In this document: piece after piece, positions 35,985-45,429 of the stretch
How the letters are laid out: every line of letters starts with the position of its first letter
How positions within the stretch are numbered: position 1 is the first letter of the stretch
Assembly: GCA_047495785.1 (NCBI GenBank)
Contig: JBLDXI010000029.1
Location: forward strand, 2,046,001-2,110,000
DNA length: 64,000 nucleotides
Direction: 5' to 3'
Source of the DNA: Lepidodermella squamata
Lineage: Eukaryota > Animalia > Gastrotricha
Notes under the pieces: model-generated
What the model was told of the DNA's origin: nothing
What the model saw: the letters and a program-made list of their open reading frames with translations, nothing else
Database searches by the model: none
Translations under genes and position numbers: made by a program

Positions 35985-36470
35985 ATGCCTTCGTGGTCCG
36001 CCTTCTACGGTCACCGACGTGCGTGTCAACTTCTCCGCTCGCTGTGCTCAATCGGCGAAACGACGGCTTCTTCGACTACAACTTCGACCGCTGCTACTAC
36101 AACAACTACACGCGCGCTGTCTTCAACCTCGCTCGATGCCCTCAAATCGCCGCAGCGTTACTATCAAGACATGCAGGCGGCTTACACGGTTTTCGTCGTC
36201 GTGGTCGCGGTCTTGGCGCTGACCATGGTTGTCTCGCTTGCTGTTGGCTTGGGCTATCTATTTCGAACGGCCATCTCCAAGCGCTGCTGCCGTAGAGCGC
36301 CGATACGGCGACGCCTGAAAAAGCTGCCTTCAACACCCAGTGGCGGCAGCGACACCGCTTTCTCACGTGACTACCCACGCCGCGGTCGTTCCTGTCTAAA
36401 ACCCAACGTTGCCGACGTCGAAGTGCATCAAACCGACAACGTAGGTCTCGAGGACCTGTTCGGCGCCTAA
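35985..36470 (+). CDS. Element ORF3: single-pass membrane protein with a Thr/Ser-rich stalk
   Basis: TTASSTTTSTAATTTTT stalk, TM VFVVVVAVLALTMVVSLAVGLGYLF, juxtamembrane KRCCRR, AATAAA at 36570. The 5' end is uncertain. Confidence 0.6.
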   Translation: MPSWSAFYGHRRACQLLRSLCSIGETTASSTTTSTAATTTTTRALSSTSLDALKSPQRYYQDMQAAYTVFVVVVAVLALTMVVSLAVGLGYLFRTAISKRCCRRAPIRRRLKKLPSTPSGGSDTAFSRDYPRRGRSCLKPNVADVEVHQTDNVGLEDLFGA

Positions 36471-37857
36471 CCGCGATGTTAACCGCCTTCCGGCTTCTAA
36501 CCGGCCCTTTTCAGGGCCACAAGTTGTTGCAACAGTGTTTGATATAAAGCGATGAAAGTCTTAATTTGAAATAAAACAGTACGTTCACTTTTATTTGTTG
36601 TTCAATTGGCCTATTGTGTTAGCTTAAACCCGTGTTTGCGCATTGCGTAACAGCCTGCTGAGTGAGTGCGCCATTTTGCGCCACTAAAATATCACAGATG
36701 GCAAGAGGATGTCTGTCAAAAACGTTTACCTTTTGAGCCAGGAACCGGCTGATGCTTCTAGCATGGCAACGGATGGAAATTCAATCTTCGGGCTGGATAG
36801 TGTGAACTCTTATATAATTGTTAAGGGCATACCCACTGATGCAGGGTCGACATTCTCTTGTGACACTTTTGGCCAGGGTACTAGAAGTTCGCGGCCTTAC
36901 ACCGTCGTCACGGATAGCTTCATCTTCTCCGAGGCTTGCAAAGGGCTAACACTGATGGACAAGAAAACTGGCAAATTACTTGATAAAAGGCACGAATCTG
37001 TGTCCGGGTTGTCTTATTATAACAATGCTGTCTATTTCCGGTATTTTGATGAGCAAACTAAGAAGCAAGCAATTGGATCTCTCGGCTTGCAAGCAGCCAA
37101 ATCTATTAGCTCGAGGTTCATTGGAAGTTTCGGAATAACGTCTCTATGTGCCATGCTCGCAGCTTCCAGTGCCTTTTCAATGAAAACTTATTTTGAATAA
37201 ATTGTAATTCCAAATTTCTACCTGATTCTTCCCTCGAGCGCGAATTGTGCATCACATTTGATTTGATATAAGCTGGAGCTGTCGAGCGCCGTGTTTATCA
37301 TTGGTCACCCTGTGGCCTATATTTACGTGAATCTTTCTGTGATTCACTGCCTATTTTTGTAGCTTGAATTAGTGGTTTAAAGAGATGACTGATGACACAA
37401 TAAACGATTCTTACTAATTAAAAAATCGACCTCTCAATGAGCTGTTCTAATTTTTTCTTAGAGATCTCAATATTTGTTTCGGCTCAAATAGAAAGTAAAT
37501 GTCTCCACGTTCCTGGAAAGTTAACTGATCGCTACTACGTTGTTAACGCGCTCTAAGATTCGGAATTCTTGCATATGACAGTTGTGCCTTATTAAATGTC
37601 GCTAAAACAATCGATTTACCGATATGACAATCCTAATGAGGATTTCAATGGGCAGCAGCTCATTAGCAGTTACAATTAGCTCATTTATATCAAACTAACG
37701 CGCAATTCTGATAAACGCTAAATTATCACAGCAATGACACGTGCCCTTTTCGAACAATGGTTCTGTCGCTATATATTCCGGAAAAGATACAGAGAAGAAG
37801 CATCAATCAAGCGAAATTCGAACTATCTATTCTCACTTTTCAATTTAAAGCGAAAAA

Positions 37858-38445
37858 ATGCGCGCTGTTTTTGCACTTGCTGCTGTCGTACTTCTGGCCC
37901 TGGGTAAATCTTTGAAGCCATCATCGTTAGATCTAATAATAATACTCATACGTCTAGCTTTCTCCGGAGCTGAGGCTGGCCGCGGAAACAAGGGGAAGGG
38001 CGTTTCGAAAAGCATCTCGAAGAACGTCTCGATCAGCGTGTCGTACAACCGGCAGCCGAAGAAGCACGCGATGAAGAAGCGCCCGGCCAAGAAGGCCTTC
38101 GTCGCTGGGCGCAAGCACCGCCGTGCCTCGTTCTCCAAGTCCGTGTCCGCGTCGGTGTCGGCCCGCACGAACAAGCACACCCGCAAGGTCTCCACCAAGA
38201 AGTTCATGCGCGTGCACAAGGGCGGATACATGTCCGGCTCGTACTCGCGGTCGGGATCCTTCGGCTACAACAAGAAGGGCAACAAGCGCCACGGTGGCAA
38301 GAAATTCGGCGGCAAGAAGTTTGGCGGAAAGAAGGGTGGCAAGCACGGCAAGGGTCGCAAGGGCAGCAAGAGCGGCAGCTACTCGGCCTCCAACAACTTC
38401 TCCTACTCGGTCGCCGTCGAAACTGGCGCTGCCCCGTCCAAGTAA
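37858..38445 (+). CDS. Secreted Lys/Gly/Ser-rich basic protein, 177 aa (intron 37904-37957)
   Basis: Splicing gives signal peptide MRAVFALAAVVLLALAFSGAEA. The intron is conserved in the paralog with a different length (56 nt). High GC3; TATA-like TATATA near 37770. Confidence 0.85.
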   Translation: MRAVFALAAVVLLALGKSLKPSSLDLIIILIRLAFSGAEAGRGNKGKGVSKSISKNVSISVSYNRQPKKHAMKKRPAKKAFVAGRKHRRASFSKSVSASVSARTNKHTRKVSTKKFMRVHKGGYMSGSYSRSGSFGYNKKGNKRHGGKKFGGKKFGGKKGGKHGKGRKGSKSGSYSASNNFSYSVAVETGAAPSK

Positions 38446-39410
38446 ATACTGTTTTGGGTGAAAGACATTGAAACCTGTTTTCCCAACAATTATAATTTAT
38501 TTCGAAAGTTTGAAGGATGAAATAAGGCATCATGCTGAATTCTTGGTTTCGAATGCGTTCTCTATGAGACGGGATAGACTTTCTTCAAAATGAAAAAACT
38601 TTTCATTTGAGTATCCATATGAATTAGCAAATTACTAGAACGGATAGTTCTATCTGCTTATTAGATGCGTAGCGAGACGCAAATAGCAAACAGCTAGAAC
38701 AGATTTGAGGGTTTTCAGTTTGTGAGGTAGAATGTCCGGGATCAACCAGAAGAGAGAGCAGGGTGGCATGCGACATGCGACGACGACATAGTTGATTTGT
38801 ACCCAACTAGTTTGACTAGGTTCCACATTCAAACCAAGATCGCGATGTCTCATCTCAATATTGCTGCTGCGTTCTCGAGCTGCGTTGAGCCGCTTCAAAT
38901 TGGTGAAATTGGGGAATCTCGGCGGAGTTATGCAAACAAAATCGGAGACAGTGGGAAACCCTGCTGAAAAACCCGTAGTACACGGTGACTACAGTCGGTG
39001 ATAGCAGACATGTAGTAATGTGTCATTTACACTATTTATTGCACTTTTCTAATGCGACAAAATTTCTAAAAACGTCAAGATGTAGGCTGTGGTCTGTAAT
39101 TACCAAAAGGAGGCATAGGTCGATTTTTACGAGCAGATCAGCTTAGAGCTTAGAGCTAACTACCGAGAAATCAACGGTGGTTTCGGCCTCGTTTTTCGTC
39201 CAATCATTCTTGGCGAGCAGCGACCGCATGTTATTCAATTCAGATTATTTCAAAAAGCTGATTTTTTTTCTTGATGTTCTTTTCTCTGTACTTATGTTCT
39301 TTCGTGGATTTTTTTCTCTTTTCTGCGACAGGAGCCTCTCATAATGTATTGAGCGTGATTGCGTATTTTCAGCGAACAGAAAAATGTTCAAAGGTTAAAA
39401 AAGGATGTGT

Positions 39411-41744
39411 TCATCGAGTCTGATTTCTGAAGGCGATCACCTTGCGACGTGCGTCAAATCTACTCAGCATTGGCGTCGACGGTAGATGAGGTACTGCTTC
39501 ACCCACAGCATCCGCTCCGTTCCCAACATTGATGTACAGCAAAGCGGCGACAAGGCCTGATTGAATCTGCAATCCCACTGCAACTGCAATATTCTGCCCG
39601 CTTGTCGATTTCAGCATAAAGACCACGGCAGTAAGAGCCAGGAACAAAGTTGATGAAACAGCAATAGCCACAGCTAATCGCTTCACGAACGGATAATACG
39701 GCAAGTATCGATTGCCCCTGAGTTTCACAACGTAAATAACACCCAGCCCAAGAACAGCAAGGTTCAACACAAGTAGAGTTGCCACCCAATGACCCGTAAA
39801 GGTTGATGCGCAGATGATCGAATACAGTTCAATATAAGTATCAATTTCCGCGACGTAGGACCTGGAATTTTCCGGTTTGGTCAGCGCTGAGTGGTAAGAA
39901 TCAGATATTGCCCAAGAGATGACAATTATCAAGTTCAGTAGAAAAAATATGAAGACCCTGGTTAGTATTGAGAAGTTCTCTTTGAGACGATCCGGGACAC
40001 GACTTTGACGTGCCTCATTTTTCCGCAATATTTTGAAAACAGATCTCAACCGGAAAACCATCGTGCTGTATAGCAGAGACAGCCCCAATACTACGGCGAA
40101 AACTGTTGTTTCGCAAACAGCATTGGTACGCAAATTTGTTGGGGTTGCGAGAAGAATTGAGCCACATGCCAAAAGGAGAAAACTAAGAATTACGGGGAAA
40201 TCATTGATTTTTCTTCCGAGATTCTTCTTATCAGACAAAAGAATGTAGAAAATACGACTGATTTGGCTTACAACTACTAAGCAAGCTGTTGTCGTCAAGA
40301 AGATAAAAACTGAAACGGGCACCCCGACATCAACGTACTCTTCGAGGGCTGCATCTTTTGGTAGATAATTTGGGGCGAAAGGTGCAAGAACTCGTATTTT
40401 GAATAGTGAAGTGTCGTTACTTGCTGTGGCATTGTCATCCAGAGATATGACATACCCTGGCCGAAGACCGGTCTGCTGAGACCAGGTTGCGACCAGTTGA
40501 GCTTCATAGTCCATCTCCATTCTTGCAGAATAATGAAAGAAGCCGTGCTGCACGTTTCTGTACCTTACATTGCCAATGCTTTGATTAACAGCTAGCATCA
40601 CGTTTCGAGGATCTTCCTTAAAGTTCCTGAGAGTCGAGTTCCGGCTGTTTAAAAGCTTCTCGGACTCAGCCAGCGTGACAATGGAATGCAGAGCAAAATC
40701 ATAGCATGTGAATCGCAGAGGATAATCAGCCATTTTCATATCGACTGGATACTTCGACTTGAAGAAAGCATCGAACTCAGATAGGGTGTTTCCTAGGTAG
40801 TCTTTGCTTATCCCGTCATTAGCAAACGTAAGTTGAGTAAGGGCGCCGAAATACAAAACCCTTTTGACTTGTTCTTTGAAGATCGATGTGTTACAGTTTT
40901 TCGGGTACAAAAAGGCTGGCACAACATTGGGATCCATGTAGGCAGTGATGAATGTAATGAACATATACTTTTCACCCTTGATCCCACTTTTGTAGGCCTG
41001 GCACAGGAAAGGGATCATAACTAACGGATCGGAATTTTCAAATGAAAATATTCGAATGTCTTTTTTGATGAATGATTGCATCAAATCGTCGTTGAAATCT
41101 AAACTCGCCTCAATCGTCTGAACTCTCAGACCAAATTGGTTATTTGTAGCTGCTGTGTAACTTGCGACATCTAACCCATTGTTATTTTCAGTGGCCGCAA
41201 ACAAAACTGCAGTTTTCTTCCACGGGGTGAATTGTTTGATAAAGCTGAGTCTAGCCATTATCGTCAGCTGAGTTGAAGCCCTTGTACGCCATAGGTTTGG
41301 GTATAGGTCTCGTCGGTTCACTAGATTCGGCGACTGGCAAGCCCAAGCAGCGACTACCATATTCATATGAGACGCAACTTGCCCCCAGCTCTTACAGCCT
41401 GATGTAGCAGTCACACCCACTGTTATTGGGGATAGGTATAGCCCAGGCTCTGTCGAGTCCATCATCGATCGCATGAAGTTAATGCTTGTCGACGTTGCCA
41501 GCGTACTCTGAAGTCCTTCGTCACGATGTTCGAATTCGAGGTGGTAGTCGGGCAGAATATCGGAGCGATTGTTCGCGAAGTCGTAGGCTGTTTGGAAGGC
41601 CCATCGACAGTGTCTGAAATCTCCCACGTTTAGAAACAAAGGGACGTGGAACAGAGTTCGCAAGCGGTACGGCTTTCTACATTCAGCAGCCTGTTCGAGC
41701 ACGAAAGAGGTGAGGAGAATCGAAAATATAATCGCAAATGCCAT
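39411..41744 (-). CDS. Class C GPCR, subfamily A, intronless
   Basis: 777 aa. The first ~55 mature residues are identical to 20549-22816. Confidence 0.85.
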   Translation of the reverse strand: MAFAIIFSILLTSFVLEQAAECRKPYRLRTLFHVPLFLNVGDFRHCRWAFQTAYDFANNRSDILPDYHLEFEHRDEGLQSTLATSTSINFMRSMMDSTEPGLYLSPITVGVTATSGCKSWGQVASHMNMVVAAWACQSPNLVNRRDLYPNLWRTRASTQLTIMARLSFIKQFTPWKKTAVLFAATENNNGLDVASYTAATNNQFGLRVQTIEASLDFNDDLMQSFIKKDIRIFSFENSDPLVMIPFLCQAYKSGIKGEKYMFITFITAYMDPNVVPAFLYPKNCNTSIFKEQVKRVLYFGALTQLTFANDGISKDYLGNTLSEFDAFFKSKYPVDMKMADYPLRFTCYDFALHSIVTLAESEKLLNSRNSTLRNFKEDPRNVMLAVNQSIGNVRYRNVQHGFFHYSARMEMDYEAQLVATWSQQTGLRPGYVISLDDNATASNDTSLFKIRVLAPFAPNYLPKDAALEEYVDVGVPVSVFIFLTTTACLVVVSQISRIFYILLSDKKNLGRKINDFPVILSFLLLACGSILLATPTNLRTNAVCETTVFAVVLGLSLLYSTMVFRLRSVFKILRKNEARQSRVPDRLKENFSILTRVFIFFLLNLIIVISWAISDSYHSALTKPENSRSYVAEIDTYIELYSIICASTFTGHWVATLLVLNLAVLGLGVIYVVKLRGNRYLPYYPFVKRLAVAIAVSSTLFLALTAVVFMLKSTSGQNIAVAVGLQIQSGLVAALLYINVGNGADAVGEAVPHLPSTPMLSRFDARRKVIAFRNQTR

Positions 41745-42221
41745 TATATGTCAGGAAAAATTTGATCGCAATTGTATCGTTACAAAAGAGACTCAATGTA
41801 GAAACTTCATAACATTCCGTTAGCTCGGCGCCTAAGGCTTCATATTTTCCACGTGACGTCTCTCTTTCAAAATACAGCCAGCCATTAGAACTTCCGCGTC
41901 ACATCGGGTAAACTTCCTAGTCCGTTCGTACATTATTCTAAAAGCTGCCCACACACCTTTTATGACAACCTCCCCGGAACCAGTGAATCCGAAGATTTTA
42001 TACTGCTTCACAGTAACGAGTCGAAATTTAAAATATTATGATATACGTCGTGATGTAGGTATCCGTATTCCGTGCACGGGTGTCTGCTCGAATCTATGTT
42101 GCTCACGCACCCACTAGAAGAAATTTGCCCATAATCAGGTCTATCCACATGAAAGCGGCTGAGAGCAGTGGGTGGTTTTAGCTAAGTTTCACCCGAGTGA
42201 GAAAAACTTTGCAAGACTTAA

Positions 42222-42999
42222 CCCTTTCACGGCGGGAAGGACCATTTCGGAATTTCGACTTTGAAAATTCACAGAAAATTGAATTCGCTGAATTCTTGAT
42301 CGCCCTTTTCAGGAATATTGCTTTTCGATGTTGGCTACAAGGTTTTGAGACCAGGGCGCCGTTATCTTGCATGGTCAGGACTTACAAGCAATTTGAAAAT
42401 AGTCAACCTGAGATTGAAATTTCGATTTTTTTCAACTTGAAATCTCATAGGTTTCTGATCATTTTTTGATCCAACAAAAAATACCACCGTGTCCGCCATA
42501 GTCTCATTGACCTCTGTGTAAATTTTTTCGAGCTGGAAATTAAAAATGACGACGCTATTGAGATTTAATCAAACCGGCCGAAATCGTCCTATCCGCCAGG
42601 ACTCATACAGGCGGAGTGCGTGGTTTTTGTGCTGCAAAAACTGTCGCGAGCAAATACTGGAAAAGCTGAATTCAGATCTGAATGCTGAGCCTCTGAAACT
42701 GTTTTAAACTGAATGTTTTCGGCGATTTAAGTAAGGGAGAATCTTGGGGACATTCATGGGAGTAATTTATAATCTAAAATTCCAAAGCTGGAGGCACCTG
42801 ACACAGAAATTAGGGTGTTCGAAAAATCTGCTGAAATCAGCTGGGCGGATAGGACGATTTCGGCCAGTTTTTGTACAGCATTAACGGTGATAGATAAAGA
42901 TAAACGGGTTTCAAAATCGTGATCAGGGCCCTCTAAAACCCCTAGAACTGCCGTCAAATATTTTTTCTCCCGCAGATAAATAATTCCGCCATGAAAGGG
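42222..42999. mobile_element. Non-autonomous piggyBac-type element
   Basis: TTAA on both flanks (42218-42221, 43000-43003). TIR CCCTTTCA(C/T)GGCGG. Internal inverted pair GGCCGAAATCGTCCTATCCGCC near 42576 and 42844. Confidence 0.85.
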
Positions 43000-43121
43000 T
43001 TAACTCAATATAATATATCCATAAGCATCCGAAAATCCGAAGGATTACTTCTAATGATTATTTTTCAAAGTTCCATTCCATCCAAATCTTGCATAAAAAG
43101 AGGTCGCCTCCTGCTTTTCAT

Positions 43122-44081
43122 TTACATATTCTGTAATGTGTAAACGGCTGAAGTGTTGTGCAACCAGTTACCATTTCGAATGGTCACATCAACGTTGAAA
43201 GTTTGCATGTCGTCATGTGCTCCAGCTTCCAGCTGATTCATAAGCAGCCTGGCGTCAAATTGACACTCCAATGGAGACAGTTTATTTAGTGAAGTTGTTC
43301 CTCCATTCAAATCGGGTGTAATGATGCACCCTACCTTTCCATTGAACAGGTTGATGTTGTACTTACTCGAAATGTCGAATAATTTCGACTTGAAACCAAC
43401 ACCCTATGGTTGCCACAACGAAAATTCAGAAATACTGATAGTTTTTAATACATATTTGTGACTCACGTTGATGATAAGCGTGCTATTTGACGAAAAGGTC
43501 ACATTTGATACGACCGGGTCCGGATAGTAAACCAGTGATGAAACTTTTCTGAAAATGCGTAAAGCTTCGGTCGGTAGGTAAGGGGGTGACACATTATGAC
43601 CTGCTGCGTAACCCAGCACACTGTTATTGCCCATAAGGCTGTAGCAAAGCCGCTGATTCCCTGCAGAGTATCGACAACCTTGGTGTTCTTGTAGAGTCTC
43701 GACAAGAATTGCGTTATCAGGAGCCGCAGCAGCTGTGAGATTCGGGTAAAATCCGGAGATTTTCGGGTACGGGCAAAAAATATCAGGTGCAGCGATTCTA
43801 CATGTTTCAGTAATGTTCACATCTGGCATTGTGCCGGAATTATTCGAACTGAAGTAGTGTATAAATAGCTTCACGGAATCAAAGCTTGTGTTGACCATTC
43901 CAAGCATCATAACGCGAATTTCGTTGCCTCCACTCATGAAAGATAACCGAGAGGGAATGATCATAATTAGGGGTTTAAAATTAGATGGCGTTGCCAGAAG
44001 GGAAGCCAAAGGATTTCTGGACACATTTTGTGCCGCCAGTGGCGATAATATTGAAAAGAGAAACAATTGACGAAACTGCAT
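43122..44081 (-). CDS. Secreted glycoprotein with an IPT/TIG-like segment, 298 aa (exons 44081-43467, 43403-43122)
   Basis: Signal peptide MQFRQLFLFSILSPLAA. A 63-nt GTGAG..TAG intron removes the stop, giving YYPDPVVSNVTFSSNSTLIIN|GVGF, an IPT-like pattern. Many N-x-S/T sites. Confidence 0.6.
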
Positions 44082-44829
44082 TTTCAACGCTGATTTTTTG
44101 TCGAATGTCTTCGTTTTATGATAGGCTTCTATCGCGCAGGATTGGCTTGTCAGGTGTGATAAATGGGATTTACCCCGCAACCCACCTACAACGTGTTATT
44201 CTCCAGTGTATTAGCGTCTATACAGAAGCGATACAGCTATTTAAGCTATACAGAATATTCAGGTAATAATGAGCAAATTGAAAAAGCGTTTCGAACTAAT
44301 AGCGTTTTCGAGCTAATAGCTGGATGTAGCCTCGTATTGTAAATTTTCCTGGACGTACTGTAAAAAAATTTTGTATATTTGCTCACGCAGGAAGCCATCA
44401 TTCAATCGATGAAGAAATTTACGAATTTTATTTTGGTTGTAAGCTTTCAGATTAGGTACGGCGACAAAACAGCAACTTCGCGAAACAGCTAATACGAAAA
44501 AACAGCAAAATTTCTATTTCACCTTAAAACAGCGAAAACTTACTTTTTAAAAGATGCATCGTGTTTCTGCTGTTATGTCGCAAGTTGAAAAAGTTGCTGT
44601 TTTGTCGCGTTTGTTGTTTTGGGTATTTGCTATTATGCTGTTGTGGGCGCGGTCTGCCTCTTTTTAGAGAAAGTTTTTGCAAATGAGCGATAGTCATAGG
44701 TTCGATTCCACGTGGTTGCAATTTTTTGTCGTTTTTTTGCTTTTGTTTCTAATGAATATTTAAATTATGCGGGGTGATGCTTAGATGTTCATAGCAAAAC
44801 GGGGCGATAAATTTTTTTAGAAAATAATT

Positions 44830-45061
44830 AAGATCATACTTCTTGGGATCATTACTTTATTAAGTTTTGCCCCAACGTCAGCCTCATCTGACGACAAACC
44901 CAAACCGCGATGACGAGGCGTGGTGACTGGCCCTGAGCGCGAACTTGGCCGCACTTGACTGGCTATCATTAGCCGGTCTCGTCGGCCGTTGATGAACGTT
45001 CCGGGTTGGTGGCTCCTTAACTGGGGCCACTTCCGGAGGGGTCTGTCGCTTTCAGAGCGGC
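44830..45061 (+). ncRNA. U3: U3 snoRNA
   Basis: 5' AAGATCATACTTCTTGGGATCATT (boxes A' and A), box C' GATGACGA, box B GAGCGCGA, box C TTGATGA, box D-like CAGA, terminal stem CCGC/GCGG; about 232 nt. Confidence 0.85.
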
Positions 45062-45429
45062 TTTTTAATAAAAATAAATAAATACATACCAAGTAAATAA
45101 AGTATCCCATAAATTCAAATTTTATCACATCTAAACTTGTAAAAAATTGTATAAATTGCACATTTCAAATGAAAGCGTTACTTTATTTTTCCTAAATATT
45201 TCTTAAATTTATGAAATATTATTTTGGTTCGTTTGAGTGCATTTTTATAAGTTCCGAAATAATTATGATAAATCAAAACCTTCGGGAAATCACGAACTGT
45301 CATTTTACCCGATAAATGACCAGTGCCATCCGCACGCCCTTGATAATGTCCGAAGTTTTACACATCAGCTAGATACACCGATTTTTCCAAATTTTTGCCC
45401 TTATTAACTTTATACTTACAAATAAAATA

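Larger units (their letters stand above)
30498..36695 (+). mobile_element. Tyrosine-recombinase DNA element (Crypton-like) with cargo genes, 6198 bp
   Basis: Direct repeat ATATCAC at 30491-30497 and 36689-36695. Inverted arms ATATTTTAGT (30501-30510) and ACTAAAATAT (36683-36692). Encodes a YR-like protein; no RT seen. Confidence 0.85.
29629..37200 (+). pseudogene. PQQ-like beta-propeller surface protein gene split by a 6.2-kb insertion (halves 29629-30497 and 36696-37200)
   Basis: Joining 30497 to 36696 gives an uninterrupted 457-aa ORF (FYFDIT-DGKRMSVKNVY), matching paralog LGIDITKGKKMAVANTY. Has a signal peptide, a WASAGGDQAHTGY motif and a hydrophobic C-terminus. Confidence 0.85.

Noticed and set aside
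30877-36470. Calling the YR element a DIRS retroelement, Polinton or endogenous virus
   Set aside because: No RT/RNase H, protein-primed polymerase, packaging ATPase or capsid motif is recognisable.
37845-38533. Several overlapping ORFs on the Lys-rich genes (also 57597-58112)
   Set aside because: Same codon-bias shadow effect in alternative frames.
44461-44608. 18-bp inverted repeat GCGACAAAACAGCAACTT
   Set aside because: Probably a decayed foldback element; boundaries unresolved.
44680-44722. tRNA gene
   Set aside because: Only a T-arm/B-box-like piece; no D arm or acceptor-stem partner could be folded.
44886-44920. Hammerhead ribozyme core CTGACGA
   Set aside because: No GAAA or stem II; the sequence is explained by the U3 hinge.
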